From assembly GCA_001871015.1 (NCBI GenBank), contig MNUO01000108.1:1-46651 (forward strand): DNA of 46,651 bases, given 5' to 3'. Numbering within the stretch: position 1 is the first letter of the stretch; the number at the start of each line of letters is the position of its first letter. Below are positions 27,089 to 37,843 of this stretch, one piece after another. The DNA is from Candidatus Desantisbacteria bacterium CG1_02_38_46. GTDB lineage: Bacteria > Desantisbacteria > UBA1551 > UBA1559. The translations under genes and the position numbers were made by a program. Under the pieces are notes generated by a model. It had not been told where the DNA came from, made no database searches, and saw only the letters and a program-made list of their open reading frames with translations.

Positions 27089-28092
27089 AACAAAAAATAA
27101 TTCTTTCTGTTTTGTGCACTGTGCTTTTTCTAACTTTGCTTTCAACCCTGACGATTGGTCCGGTGCATATTCCGATAAAAACAGTTGCAAAAATTCTCCT
27201 GTCTAAGATTTATAATATCCAAGCAACATGGCCAGAGAATTTTCAATCAATAATACTTTTTGTCCGGTTTCCACGAATACTGTTAGGTATTCTTGTTGGT
27301 TGTGCTTTAAGTGTTTCCGGCTGTGCGATGCAGGGTATGTTCAGAAATCCTATGGCAGATTCTTATGTCTGTGGCATTGCATCAGGGGGAGCGTTTGGAG
27401 CTTCTCTGGTTATTATTTCCGGGATGGGGCGGGGCTTGATTATGCCTGTTGCATTTGGTTTTTCCCTGCTCGCAATATTTATCGTCTATTATCTTGCAAA
27501 GACAGGTAGGAAGGTTCCTGTTGAAACTCTGCTTCTTTCAGGTATAGCGATTTCTCTTTTCTTTTCAGCGCTTACTTCTTTTATCCATTACATTTCCGAA
27601 GAATGGCAGTGGCGCGAGATGATTTTCTGGATTATGGGAGGTTTATGGAAGAGTGACTGGAATAGAGTTGCAAGCAGTTCCCCGATTATTATTCTGGGCA
27701 CATTGGGGTTAATGTTTTTTAGCAGGGAATTGAATATTCTTTTAATAGGCGAAGAACAGGCACAGGACTTAGGGGTTGAAGTGGAGAAAACAAGAAAAAT
27801 TATCCTTGTTTTAAGTGCACTTGTAGCTTCTTCTGCGGTTGCTGTGTCAGGTATCATTGGTTTTGTAGGATTGATTATTCCTCACACGATGAGACTTATC
27901 ATAGGTCCTGACCATCGATTTCTTCTTCCGGCATCCTGTCTTGCCGGCGGCATATTCCTTGTCTGGGTTGATACAATTTCCCGCACTCTAATTTCTCCAA
28001 GCGAACTTCCAGTTGGTATTATTACTGCGTTGTTCGGGGTTCCGTTCTTCCTGTTCTTGTTGAGAAGAAGAAAGAAGATAATTGGATTTTAA
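27085..28092 (+). CDS. FecCD/BtuC-family ABC permease
   Basis: RFPRILL, QGMFRNPMAD, GIIGFVGLIIPH, ELPVGIITA. Confidence 0.93.
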   Translation: MKQKIILSVLCTVLFLTLLSTLTIGPVHIPIKTVAKILLSKIYNIQATWPENFQSIILFVRFPRILLGILVGCALSVSGCAMQGMFRNPMADSYVCGIASGGAFGASLVIISGMGRGLIMPVAFGFSLLAIFIVYYLAKTGRKVPVETLLLSGIAISLFFSALTSFIHYISEEWQWREMIFWIMGGLWKSDWNRVASSSPIIILGTLGLMFFSRELNILLIGEEQAQDLGVEVEKTRKIILVLSALVASSAVAVSGIIGFVGLIIPHTMRLIIGPDHRFLLPASCLAGGIFLVWVDTISRTLISPSELPVGIITALFGVPFFLFLLRRRKKIIGF

Positions 28093-28093
28093 G

Positions 28094-28879
28094 ATGAAAT
28101 TAAAGGTTTCCCATCTGAATTTTTCTTATGATGATGTTGAGGCGCTGGAAGATGTTTCTCTGGATGTGGAATCCACACAAATTCTGGGAATCATCGGACC
28201 GAATGGTTCCGGGAAAACAACACTTCTTAAATGCATAAACAGAAAGTTAAGACCCCGCTACGGGACAATATTGATTGACACTAAAAATATCTCTAATTTT
28301 TCGCGCAAAGAAATTGCAAGAAATATAGGTGTGGTTCCTCAGGTTTCCTCAATTTCTTTTTCATTTCTTGTATCTGACATAGTCTCAATGGGAAGATACG
28401 CGTATCTTTCAAGATTTGGCAGGGAAACAGAGAAGGACTTATCAGCAGTCAAAAGTTCATTAGAACTAACTGGAACCGCACATTTATCCAATAGGTTCAT
28501 TAATGAAATTTCAGGCGGGGAATATCAAAGAGTAATTATTGCCAGGGCATTAGCACAAGAGTCAAAAATTCTCCTTCTGGATGAACCAACATTACACCTG
28601 GATATCAATCACCAGATAGAAATCCTGGAATTAGTGCGTTCGCTTGCAAGAAAAAGAAATCTTGCAGTAATAATGGTTTTGCATGATTTAAACTTATCTG
28701 CCCGGTTTGCAGACAGGTTGCTCCTCTTGAATAAAGGCAGGGTTTACAAGGCCGGTTCTGTGGAAGAGGTGCTTCAACCAGAGAACATAGAGAAGGTTTT
28801 CCGGATAAAGGTCAAAATAATCCGTGATACTGAGACAAACATATTGAGTGTTCTCCCGGTTTCAGTAATGAAAGGATAA
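28094..28879 (+). CDS. Iron-chelate/cobalamin ABC transporter ATPase
   Basis: GPNGSGKTT, ISGGEYQR, LLLDEPTLHLD. Confidence 0.94.
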   Translation: MKLKVSHLNFSYDDVEALEDVSLDVESTQILGIIGPNGSGKTTLLKCINRKLRPRYGTILIDTKNISNFSRKEIARNIGVVPQVSSISFSFLVSDIVSMGRYAYLSRFGRETEKDLSAVKSSLELTGTAHLSNRFINEISGGEYQRVIIARALAQESKILLLDEPTLHLDINHQIEILELVRSLARKRNLAVIMVLHDLNLSARFADRLLLLNKGRVYKAGSVEEVLQPENIEKVFRIKVKIIRDTETNILSVLPVSVMKG

Positions 28880-28881
28880 AA

Positions 28882-31800
28882 ATGAAGAAAGAGCCATGGA
28901 TTGGGTTTTATCATCCGGGATGCAACAGTGTTTTTCAGCAAAAAGCTGATTATGTAAGGTGGTACGAAAAACAGCAGCCTCATTTAAAATACTGCGCTTC
29001 AAAAAAGGTTGGGATATTTTTCTCCCGTTCCCAGTGGATAAAAAAAGATATGAGGTTAGTTAATTTATTGCTTGAAGAACTTGAGAAAAGAAAAATTTTT
29101 CCTGTTGCTGTTTTTGCTCAAGCCAGGGAATACGGTGGTCCGGGATGTCCTGGCTTGGAGCCGGGCCTGAAATTGTTGAAGGGAGTTGATTTTATAATAA
29201 ATCTGCAATCATCTTTTCTTGTTCAATCTGCCATCGGGAAAGAATCATTGCCAGGTATTCTGGAAGATATAGGTGTTCCGATTATGCAGGCAGTGCATGA
29301 AAGCTCAAGGACAGAGACGGAATGGAAAGAAAATCCTCAAGGGTTAAGTCCATCTGTCCAGATTTACTGGGTGGCACAACCGGAATTCAATGGACTGATT
29401 GAACCCATTCTTGTTTCCGCAAAGGATGAAAGCAGAAAAAGCGAAGGGGGTTTTGGCGGTCCGAGGAAGCCGGTGAAAGAAAGGATAGACTTTCTCATAG
29501 AAAGAATCTCTGGCTGGTTAACATTATCCCGAATTCCGCCTCAAGAGAGACGGGTAACCTTCCTTTTGCATAACGCTCCCTGTGCAGGGGTAGAAGCTTC
29601 TGTAGGAGGAGGGGCCGGGCTGGATACGCTGGAAAGCGTTGTAAGAATAATGAAGCAGATGAAAGAAAGAGGATATAAAATAGAAAATTGTCCGAAAGAC
29701 GGCAGGGAATTGATTGATATAATTATGCACAGAAAGGCAGTCAGCGAATTTCGCTGGACAACCATAGACGAAATTGTCCAGAAAGGAGGGGTCAGGGAGT
29801 TTATCAGCGTAGAAAAATACAATCAATGGCTGGATGAATTAAGTCCTGCAACAAGAGAAAAAATGATTTCAGGATGGGGCAATCCTCCAGGGGAAGGAAT
29901 GGTTTATCAGGGGAAAATCGTTGTTACCGGAATTAAATTTGGCAATGTGAATGTGCTTGTTGAACCAAAAAGAGGCTGTTACGGGGCAAGGTGTGACGGA
30001 AAGGTGTGCAAGATTCTCCATGACCCTGGTATTGCCCCCACACATCAGTGCCTTGCTACCTATAAATGGGCAGAGGAAAATTCTGATGTAAAAATTTCCG
30101 TAGGAACTCATGGATACATAGAATTTCTGCCGGGTAAATCAGTTGGATTGAGCAGGGAATGCTTCCCGGAAATTATTACTGGCAAAAAACCGCATTTGTA
30201 TATTTATACGGTTGCCAATCCCGCAGAGGGAATACTTGCGAAGCGGCGCGCGTCCGCCACAATTATTGACCATATGACGCCAGTGATGAAGCCATCAGGA
30301 CTTTATGATAAATTAAACGAAATGGAAGAACTCTTAAAGCAGTGGACTCAAGCAAAAAGTCTGAACCAGGAAAGCCGGGCAAAAGTTATTCTAAAAGATA
30401 TTTTTTTTCTTGCTGAGAAGTCTAATCTTATTGAAAAAGGCAAAGAGGTGCCAGTAGAAAATTTAATTGAATATTTGCACGGGAAGTTAAATCTTTTTCG
30501 GGAAACGCAGATAAATGATGGAATGCATATTTTAAGTAAAATTCCTGACAGGAAAGGTATTGCGAACATAATTGTTTCTATTCTTCGCTTTGAAGGGACG
30601 TGGCCATCCATAAGAAGGTTAATTTTAGAGACAATAGGTTATAATTACGGCACAGACCATTCAGAGCTGCTGGATAGAACTACTGGGATTGCATTTGAAC
30701 TGGTAAAAACCGGGTTGAATATAAAACTGGATAAAGAGAGCAGGGTAATATCATCACAGAAATTGAAAAAGAAAATTTCTGAATTGATGGAGGTAAAGAA
30801 TAAGGATAAGGCAAAAGAATTAATCCGGCTTATTATGTGGGCAGCAGAAGTAATTTACCCGAAGTTAAAGATGGTTAAAGGAGAAATACCGCAGCTTTTA
30901 AGGGCTTTTGATAAGGAGTATATACGGCCTGGCGCCAGTGGCCACATAACTCGCGGGAAAATAGAAGTGTTACCCACAGGTAGAAATCTGTACAGTATGG
31001 ACACTCGCGCAATCCCCACAAAAGCCGCGTGGGAAGTGGGAATTAAAATGGCACAGGGCTTGCTGGATAAATATCGCAGAGACGATGGGAAATATCCGGA
31101 GAATATCGGAATGGTTTTGTGGAGTATTGACGCTTACCTTGCTGATGGAGAACAGATTTCCAAGATTTTATATCTGATAGGTGCAAGACCCGTCTGGATG
31201 GAGTCGGGGATTGTAAAGGGGACAGAGGTTATTCCTTTGAAGGAACTTGGAAGACCGCGTCTGGATGTGACCATAAGGACAAGCGGTATTTTCAGGGATA
31301 CCTTGCCTCATATAATAGAATTACTTGACGAAGCAATCTGTAAGATAGCAAATCTTGATGAGAGTGATGAAGATAATTTTGTAAAGAAACACGGGGCTGG
31401 CTATCGGATTTTCTGCGCACGGCCAGGCGGCTATGGCAACGGCGTAAGCTTAATGATTGCAGCCAGTGCATGGGAGAATATGAAGGATTTGGGAGAAATT
31501 TATATCGAAAGGGGTGGCTATGCCTACGGGAAAGGAGTTTACGGAAAGGCCTCGCATAATGAATACGCACATCGTCTGAGCAGTGTGGAGGTAGTTTTTC
31601 ACAAACTGCCTTCCGACGAATTTGACATTCTGTCCTGTTGTAGTTTTTTTGATTTTCAGGGGGGGATGTACTCGGCAGTCAAGTCTCTTTCAGGAAAAGA
31701 ACCCAGAATTTACTGGGGTGATACAAAAGACCCGCAGAGGCCAAAAATTAGAGACCTAAAGGATGAAATAGAAAAATCTGTGCGCACAAGACTTCTGAAT

Positions 31801-32250
31801 CCTGCTTGGATTGAAGGAATGAAAAGACATGGATATAAAGGAGCAGGTGATATTTCCAAAAGAATCGGGCATGTTTATGGTTGGGATGCATCTGCAGAAG
31901 TAGTGGCTGACTGGATATTTGATGACATTGCAAAAGCCTTTGTTTTGAATGATGAAAACAGGAAATTTTTTGAGGATAATAATCCCTGGGCGATGGAAGA
32001 AATTTCGCGCCGCTTACTGGAAGCAGAAAAACGCGGCATCTGGAAAGCAGACCCCGATGTTTTAAGGGAATTGAGAAACAAATACCTGGAAATCGAAGGG
32101 TGGATAGAAGAAAAAATGGGAGATGTCCAGGGAGAATTCCAGGGAGGAAACATTGATATAATAACAAAGAATGAGATTGAAGACTGGGCAAAGAAATCAA
32201 ATTTTGATTTGGAAGAGTTTTTAAAAACAGGAGGGAAGAATGCACCATAA
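28882..32250 (+). CDS. cobN: CobN/magnesium chelatase H-family subunit
   Basis: [54 protein letters not shown]; metal specificity unknown. Confidence 0.9.
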   Translation: MKKEPWIGFYHPGCNSVFQQKADYVRWYEKQQPHLKYCASKKVGIFFSRSQWIKKDMRLVNLLLEELEKRKIFPVAVFAQAREYGGPGCPGLEPGLKLLKGVDFIINLQSSFLVQSAIGKESLPGILEDIGVPIMQAVHESSRTETEWKENPQGLSPSVQIYWVAQPEFNGLIEPILVSAKDESRKSEGGFGGPRKPVKERIDFLIERISGWLTLSRIPPQERRVTFLLHNAPCAGVEASVGGGAGLDTLESVVRIMKQMKERGYKIENCPKDGRELIDIIMHRKAVSEFRWTTIDEIVQKGGVREFISVEKYNQWLDELSPATREKMISGWGNPPGEGMVYQGKIVVTGIKFGNVNVLVEPKRGCYGARCDGKVCKILHDPGIAPTHQCLATYKWAEENSDVKISVGTHGYIEFLPGKSVGLSRECFPEIITGKKPHLYIYTVANPAEGILAKRRASATIIDHMTPVMKPSGLYDKLNEMEELLKQWTQAKSLNQESRAKVILKDIFFLAEKSNLIEKGKEVPVENLIEYLHGKLNLFRETQINDGMHILSKIPDRKGIANIIVSILRFEGTWPSIRRLILETIGYNYGTDHSELLDRTTGIAFELVKTGLNIKLDKESRVISSQKLKKKISELMEVKNKDKAKELIRLIMWAAEVIYPKLKMVKGEIPQLLRAFDKEYIRPGASGHITRGKIEVLPTGRNLYSMDTRAIPTKAAWEVGIKMAQGLLDKYRRDDGKYPENIGMVLWSIDAYLADGEQISKILYLIGARPVWMESGIVKGTEVIPLKELGRPRLDVTIRTSGIFRDTLPHIIELLDEAICKIANLDESDEDNFVKKHGAGYRIFCARPGGYGNGVSLMIAASAWENMKDLGEIYIERGGYAYGKGVYGKASHNEYAHRLSSVEVVFHKLPSDEFDILSCCSFFDFQGGMYSAVKSLSGKEPRIYWGDTKDPQRPKIRDLKDEIEKSVRTRLLNPAWIEGMKRHGYKGAGDISKRIGHVYGWDASAEVVADWIFDDIAKAFVLNDENRKFFEDNNPWAMEEISRRLLEAEKRGIWKADPDVLRELRNKYLEIEGWIEEKMGDVQGEFQGGNIDIITKNEIEDWAKKSNFDLEEFLKTGGKNAP

Positions 32251-34204
32251 ATATGTTGTTTATCCATTTACTGCAATTGTGGGCCAGGAAAAAATGAAAA
32301 AGGCACTTATTCTTAATGCTATAGATTGGAAAATAAGCGGAGTTTTGATTCGCGGAGAAAAGGGAACTGCAAAATCTACTGCTGTCCGGGCACTTGCGGC
32401 CCTACTTCCAGAAATAGAGGTGGTTGCTGATTGTCCTTTCAGCTGTAACCCATATGAGCTGAGAGAGATGTGTAAATCCTGTCAGGAACGTAAAAAATCA
32501 AACCAGAAAATTTCGGTTAAAAAGAGGAGAATGCTTGTTGTGGACCTGCCAATCAATGCAACTGAGGACAGGGTTATCGGAACGTTGAACATAGAAAAGG
32601 CATTGAAGGAGGGAACCAAGGCCCTGGAGTCGGGCATACTCGCAGAAGCAAACAGAGGGATATTATACATAGACGAAGTAAATCTTTTGGATGACCACAT
32701 TGCCGACGTTCTTCTGGATGCTGCTGCAATGGGAGTGAACATTATAGAGAGAGAAGGCATATCTGTTTTTCATCCGGCCAAATTCATTCTTATTGGGACT
32801 ATGAATCCCGAAGAAGGGGAATTGAGGCCGCAGCTGCTGGACAGGTTCGGATTAAGCGTCCGTGTGGAAAAAATAGAAGATAGAGAAAGAAGGGTAGAAA
32901 TAATCAAACTAAGAGAAGAATTCGATGCCGATTCATTTTCTTTTGAGAAAAGGTTTGGCAAATTCCAAGATGGAATGCAGAAGAAAATAATTAAGGCAAG
33001 AGATATTCTGCCCAAAGTCAACATCCCGGAAGACCTTTTGTCGAAAATCAGCCAGACCTGTATAGAATTTGCAGTGGACGGATTGAGGGCAGATATTATT
33101 ACTGCAAAGACAGCAAAGGCAATTGCCGCTTACGATTGTAGAGAGAAAGTAAATGAAGCTGATATTCTTGAGGCGCTTGAATTTACGCTTGAACACCGTA
33201 TGAGAAAGAATCCTTTTGAGAAACCCGAGCTAGACAGAGAGAAATTAAGGCAGACAATGGAAAAGGCAGGTCAAAAAGAGAAAAAATCCCCACCACAGAA
33301 CGATAAGCAAAAAGATTCACCTCGGCAGGATAAAGAAAAATCCCGGGAAAACCCTTCTGCAAAACCAGGAATTCCGAAAGAAGAAATTTTCAAAATAGGG
33401 GATGGTATAAAAACAGATAAAATGTTTAATGTTAAAAAAGACAGAATCTATCGCAATTCCACGGGCAGGAGCGTAAAGACACTTACGAAGTCAAAACAGG
33501 GGAAGTACGTAAGAACAAAACTGCCGAAAGGAAAAATCAGAGACATTGCAATCGATGCCACCATCCGGGCAGCTGCCGTTAATAAAAAAAACGGTGGGTT
33601 TAAGATAAACATTGAGGACATCCGTGAGAAAATAAGGGTTGGGAAAGGAGCTTCACTTGTGGTGTTTGTAGTAGATGCCAGCGGTTCTATGGGGGCAACT
33701 GAGAGAATGAAGTCAGCAAAGGGAGCTATATTTTCCTTTCTTAACAGAGCATACCAGAAAAGAGACAGAGTGGCTATGATTGTCTTCAGAAATAAAGAGG
33801 CTTATACCTTGCTCCAGCCGACAAGAAGCATGGATCTGGCAATGAAAAAACTTGAGGAGATTCCTACAGGAGGAAAAACACCTCTGCCAGCAGGCATTTT
33901 GAAAGGGATGGAAACAATTAAAAGTGAACTTATTAAGAACGATAATTTGATTCCTGTGTTGGTATTAATAACTGACGGTAAAGGAAATGTGCCAATAGAA
34001 GAAAATGTTTTTAATGAACTTAAATATTGTGCCGATGAAATTAAGAAACGGAATCTGCGGACAATTGTAATAGATACAGAGTCCGGTTCTCTTAGATTCG
34101 GTCTCGCAAAAGAATTTGCAGAAGATTCAAAGGCAAAATATTATCATTTAAATGAAATAGAACCAGGGAAGATCGCGTCAATTGTTAGTTCAGAGGTGCG
34201 TTAG
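32240..34204 (+). CDS. ChlI/ChlD-type chelatase AAA+ ATPase with C-terminal vWA domain
   Basis: [43 protein letters not shown], charged linker, DASGSM MIDAS. Confidence 0.93.
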   Translation: MHHKYVVYPFTAIVGQEKMKKALILNAIDWKISGVLIRGEKGTAKSTAVRALAALLPEIEVVADCPFSCNPYELREMCKSCQERKKSNQKISVKKRRMLVVDLPINATEDRVIGTLNIEKALKEGTKALESGILAEANRGILYIDEVNLLDDHIADVLLDAAAMGVNIIEREGISVFHPAKFILIGTMNPEEGELRPQLLDRFGLSVRVEKIEDRERRVEIIKLREEFDADSFSFEKRFGKFQDGMQKKIIKARDILPKVNIPEDLLSKISQTCIEFAVDGLRADIITAKTAKAIAAYDCREKVNEADILEALEFTLEHRMRKNPFEKPELDREKLRQTMEKAGQKEKKSPPQNDKQKDSPRQDKEKSRENPSAKPGIPKEEIFKIGDGIKTDKMFNVKKDRIYRNSTGRSVKTLTKSKQGKYVRTKLPKGKIRDIAIDATIRAAAVNKKNGGFKINIEDIREKIRVGKGASLVVFVVDASGSMGATERMKSAKGAIFSFLNRAYQKRDRVAMIVFRNKEAYTLLQPTRSMDLAMKKLEEIPTGGKTPLPAGILKGMETIKSELIKNDNLIPVLVLITDGKGNVPIEENVFNELKYCADEIKKRNLRTIVIDTESGSLRFGLAKEFAEDSKAKYYHLNEIEPGKIASIVSSEVR

Positions 34205-34544
34205 AGATATCACTTTCAATCATTCTATTTTGCAAAAATCAAATTTGGCTAACAGAGAAACTGCTGCAAACACGAAGTTGCAAGTGGCACTATAAATGGG
34301 GGCAGATCAGGACTGGCCAGCAACAATCCTCATGGTGATTATATAATAGCAGGTTTGTCATAAATGTCAAGTTCTCCAAGGATTTTTCTCCCAGAGGCTT
34401 TTTTTCTTTCCCAGGGAGGCATCTATATCGCGGGCAGGTATTTGTCCTTAACCAAGCCAGAAAAACGCCTCTATGGGCATTCATTGAGGGCTACTAGTTA
34501 ACTGTAAAAGTTTTCGGGTAACTTTTATAATTCAATGCGAATAC

Positions 34545-34572
34545 TTGACTTTTTGTAAGAATTCGCTATAAT
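34545..34572 (+). promoter_or_regulatory. Sigma70-type promoter upstream of the group II intron
   Basis: TTGACT-N16-TATAAT. Confidence 0.6.
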
Positions 34573-34712
34573 TATACATTGTAGGGGGGGAGGGAACGAA
34601 AAAAAGCGTCCCTTTGTATTTTTCTCCCATCAGAAGGAAAATCGTCCCCCTACATATTATATTCTATTTTCTCTAATTGTAAAGATCTTTTTCAAAAAAC
34701 TCACAACATAAT

Positions 34713-36606
34713 GCGTGCCAAGAAGTTCTTTGATTTCTAATTGACTGAAAGGTGTCAATCATCGTAATTGTCTGTTAGCGATGTAGTCTGAGATGCAATA
34801 TGTGGAGAAATCTGCAGTGTTGTAGCTATTTGACAAATTCCGCTTTAGGCGGGAGAGGCAAACAAGCAGACCGTAACAAAAGTGAACCTATATGTAGCCT
34901 CGTTAGGAGTAAATGGGAAAGGCGAGCCTGTGTTATGTGGGCGAAGCCAGTAATCTATCCCAAGAGACAGATAAAAGCAGGATAGATTTTCTCCGGGGTA
35001 ACAGGGACGGTATGCTTGGAAAGAACTCAAGGGAAACTTGGGAGAGCCTACCCTATCACTCGTAAGGAGTAAAACTTTTGCCTATAACCGAAAGGGAAGT
35101 GGCAATAAGGGTAGGGAGGTAGTCGGAGGAGTTCATAGTAGCGAAGAGAATAGGGACAACAAAACCCTATATGAGCGAAGGAACTCTGCTTTAACTAATG
35201 TTTTCAAAGAAAGGATGGATTTAGTAGATTGGACAATAACCTACCAACTACGGATAAAGTTCAGGAATTTCAGAGAAAACTATACCTTAAGGCAAAGTCA
35301 CAGCCAAACTTCCGCTTCTATGCTTTATACGACAAGATTTATCGAACAGATGTCCTTCAAAAAGCCTGGCAAAGAGTGAGATTAAATCACGGTTCGCCAG
35401 GCATAGATGGGAAAACCATCAAGGACATTGAAGAGGCAGGAGTGGAAGATTTTCTTAAAGGCATTCAGCAAGAGCTGAAAGCAAAGGAATATCAACCATC
35501 GCCAGCGAGGAGAGTTTATATCCCCAAGCCTGATGGCAGGTTAAGACCATTGAGCATACCTACTCTAAAAGATAGGGTTGTTCAGATGGCTTTAAAATTG
35601 GTAATTGAGCCTATTTTCGAAGCACACTTCGAGGATAACTCATATGGATATAGACCTCAAAGGAATGCCCAGCAGGTAGCTTTGGAAATCCGTAAATATC
35701 TTAATTACGGAATGACCGAAGTTATTGAGGCTGACCTTGAAGACTGTTTTGGTTCTATTCCTCACAGGGAACTTCTGGATATGATTGCCAGAAGAGTAGT
35801 TGATGGTAGGGTGCTACACTTAATAAAACTATTCCTGAAAACAGGAGTAATGGAGCAAGGAGGGAAAAGGATAGACGAGACAGGCACTCCACAGGGCGGG
35901 GTAATATCGCCATTATTGGCAAATATATACCTTGACCAGATGGATAAAGGCTGGAAGCCATTAAATGAAACTGCCCGTCTTTTAAGATATGCAGATGATT
36001 TGGTGATTATCACCAAATATAATGCAGAGAAATTTCTCTTTGAACTTCAGAAACTTACTACTAAATTGAAGTTAAAACTTAAGCCAGCAAAAACAAGAGT
36101 AGTAAATGCAGAAGAAGAAAGTTTTGACTTTTTGGGATATAGTTTTAGGAAAGCATTGAACCCACAGAAGACGAAGAAGGTAGCATATTTTTGGCCATCA
36201 CAGAAGGCAGAAAAGACAATAAAAGAGAAAGTGAGGAAGATTACAAATCCTGCTCGACCTGTAAAGGTAGGGCAAGTGATAAAAGAACTCAATCCAGTAA
36301 TTAGGGGATGGGTAAATTACTTTAGAATAGGCAACTCTACAAAGAAATTCGATAATCTTAAGTTGTGTGTAGCAGAGAAAATTAGGAAGTTTATGCGTAG
36401 ACGCAGGCAGAAGGCAGGATATGGATATAAGAAATATCCTGATGAATATCTATACAGCAAATTAGGTTTGTATAGAGACTATCATCTTGCGTGGACGAAA
36501 GCCTTAAGATGAGCGGTTATCGGAAAGCCGTGTGAGGGAAAACCTCACGCACGGTTTGATGAGGGGACGCTGAAAACCCTGTGAGGGCGTCAGTGTTCTA
36601 CTCTAC
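34713..36606 (+). mobile_element. Group II intron, apparently full length
   Basis: 5' GCGTG (variant of GUGYG); domain V gaaagccgtgtgagggaaaacctcacgcacggtttg; domain VI ending ctctAC; candidate EBS1 gttatgt (about 34932) pairs with upstream exon acataat. Confidence 0.88.
35229..36512 (+). CDS. ltrA: Group II intron reverse transcriptase/maturase without endonuclease domain
   Basis: PGIDG, RPLSIPTLKDRVVQ, GTPQGGVISPLLANIYL, RYADD, FDFLGY, LNPVIRGWVNYF; TTG start. Confidence 0.95.
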   Translation: MDNNLPTTDKVQEFQRKLYLKAKSQPNFRFYALYDKIYRTDVLQKAWQRVRLNHGSPGIDGKTIKDIEEAGVEDFLKGIQQELKAKEYQPSPARRVYIPKPDGRLRPLSIPTLKDRVVQMALKLVIEPIFEAHFEDNSYGYRPQRNAQQVALEIRKYLNYGMTEVIEADLEDCFGSIPHRELLDMIARRVVDGRVLHLIKLFLKTGVMEQGGKRIDETGTPQGGVISPLLANIYLDQMDKGWKPLNETARLLRYADDLVIITKYNAEKFLFELQKLTTKLKLKLKPAKTRVVNAEEESFDFLGYSFRKALNPQKTKKVAYFWPSQKAEKTIKEKVRKITNPARPVKVGQVIKELNPVIRGWVNYFRIGNSTKKFDNLKLCVAEKIRKFMRRRRQKAGYGYKKYPDEYLYSKLGLYRDYHLAWTKALR

Positions 36607-36640
36607 GTGGTATAATTAAAAATGAAAAAGGAGAGATAAA

Positions 36641-36853
36641 ATGTGCAAAAAAATGGATTATTTTTTGAAACACGGTAAAGAACTCGAGAAAAAATATGCA
36701 GGAAGATATATTGCTGTAATAGACAACAAAATGGTCGCCGTTGGTTCTAGTCGTGTCGAAGTTTATCAGAAAGCAATAAAATCCATTCCTCCAGATAAAG
36801 ATTTAGGGATATTTTATTTACCATTAAAAAAAGAGGTTTTGACTGCTTTATGA
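36641..36853 (+). CDS. Small DUF5678-like protein
   Basis: LEKKYAGRYIAV pattern; AAGGAG RBS; coupled to the downstream aspartyl protease. Confidence 0.7.
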   Translation: MCKKMDYFLKHGKELEKKYAGRYIAVIDNKMVAVGSSRVEVYQKAIKSIPPDKDLGIFYLPLKKEVLTAL

Positions 36854-37242
36854 AATTTCCTTATTTAGAAGTTAGTAAAGACAATTTTGTTCCTATAATC
36901 ACTTTTGAGATTTGTGCAGGCCAGAGATGGATTAGACTGGAGGCCTATATCGATTCTGGTGCTACTTATAGTATTTTTCATGTGGATACTGCTGGATTGT
37001 TAGATATAGACTATCAAGAAGGGAAAAAGATATTGATTACAGTAGGAGATGGGGGAGTTATTCCTGTATATCTTCATAAATTACCCGTCAGATTTGCTGG
37101 GCTTGAATTTGATGCCATAGTAGGATTTTCGAAAAGTTTAGGTGTTGGGTTCAATCTTTTAGGTAGAGCTGGATTTTTTGAGAAATTTAGAATCTGTTTT
37201 AACGACAGAGATAAAATTGTTGAGGCAACAAAACTTATTTAA
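36850..37242 (+). CDS. Retropepsin-like aspartyl protease
   Basis: AYIDSGA catalytic motif; NLLGR. Confidence 0.8.
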   Translation: MKFPYLEVSKDNFVPIITFEICAGQRWIRLEAYIDSGATYSIFHVDTAGLLDIDYQEGKKILITVGDGGVIPVYLHKLPVRFAGLEFDAIVGFSKSLGVGFNLLGRAGFFEKFRICFNDRDKIVEATKLI

Positions 37243-37388
37243 GAAATAAATTTGTTCTTGAAGTTACTTTGGTCGACTTCCTATATGAGGGGTGGCCATA
37301 TTTCTTCTGATCTAACTACTGCAGGTGTATTACTCTGGCAGTAGTTTTTTTATTTTTAACCTACTCACACAGTTTTTATCTCTTTTAT

Positions 37389-37417
37389 TTGACTTTTTCT
37401 ATTATATAAGTTATAAT
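37389..37417 (+). promoter_or_regulatory. Sigma70-type promoter upstream of the tRNA-Arg fragment
   Basis: TTGACT-N17-TATAAT. Confidence 0.6.
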
Positions 37418-37541
37418 ATATTATACTTTCTGTTATGAAGGGGAGAGCAACGGTATTCTGTGAAAGTGTTCATCATGTTGCAGGAAGTAGGCACAATTTG
37501 GTCCCAAGGGGAGAATTTTAGGAAAAAGTAAATAGAGTTAA

Positions 37542-37600
37542 AGGGACAGACACATTCTACCCCCCGATGTCACATCGGGACGGTAAATGTGTCAGTCCCT
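37542..37600. repeat. Inverted repeat with a nested family-C palindrome
   Basis: agggacagacacatt ... aatgtgtcagtccct enclosing cccgatgtcacatcggg. Confidence 0.75.
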
Positions 37601-37608
37601 ACATACGT

Positions 37609-37650
37609 GCGCCTGTAGCTCAGGAGGATAGAGCAACGGTTTCCTAAACC
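37609..37650 (+). tRNA. 5' half of tRNA-Arg(CCT), truncated; att-like fragment 1
   Basis: GCGCCTG-TA-GCTC-AGGAGGATA-GAGC-A-ACGGT-TTCCTAA-ACC, then no T arm or 3' acceptor strand. Confidence 0.85.
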
Positions 37651-37843
37651 TGTTGTCGCGACTGAAATAAGTGCTGTCAAATCAATGCTTTTTGAGTTCT
37701 GCCACCAAAGTTCGATTTTCATTAGTTTTCATAGACTTTCACGGACTTTCATTTTCTGCGACCACGGTGTTTTGAATCTCTAATTAAAAATGGAACGATT
37801 TTTGTAAAGTTATAAAATATTTAGAAAGTCAGATAAGAGATTT

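Noticed and set aside
34290-34484. 64-aa minus ORF as a transposase remnant
   Set aside because: No recognisable motif, RBS or terminal repeats.
35229-36512. RT as a DGR, retron or CRISPR-associated RT
   Set aside because: It has a maturase X domain and flanking intron domains V/VI; no TR/VR pair, msr-msd or cas1.
37641-37765. Group I intron interrupting tRNA-Arg(CCT)
   Set aside because: The tRNA sequence continues past the anticodon into the 3' stem, no P7/core elements are evident, and no 3' exon follows.
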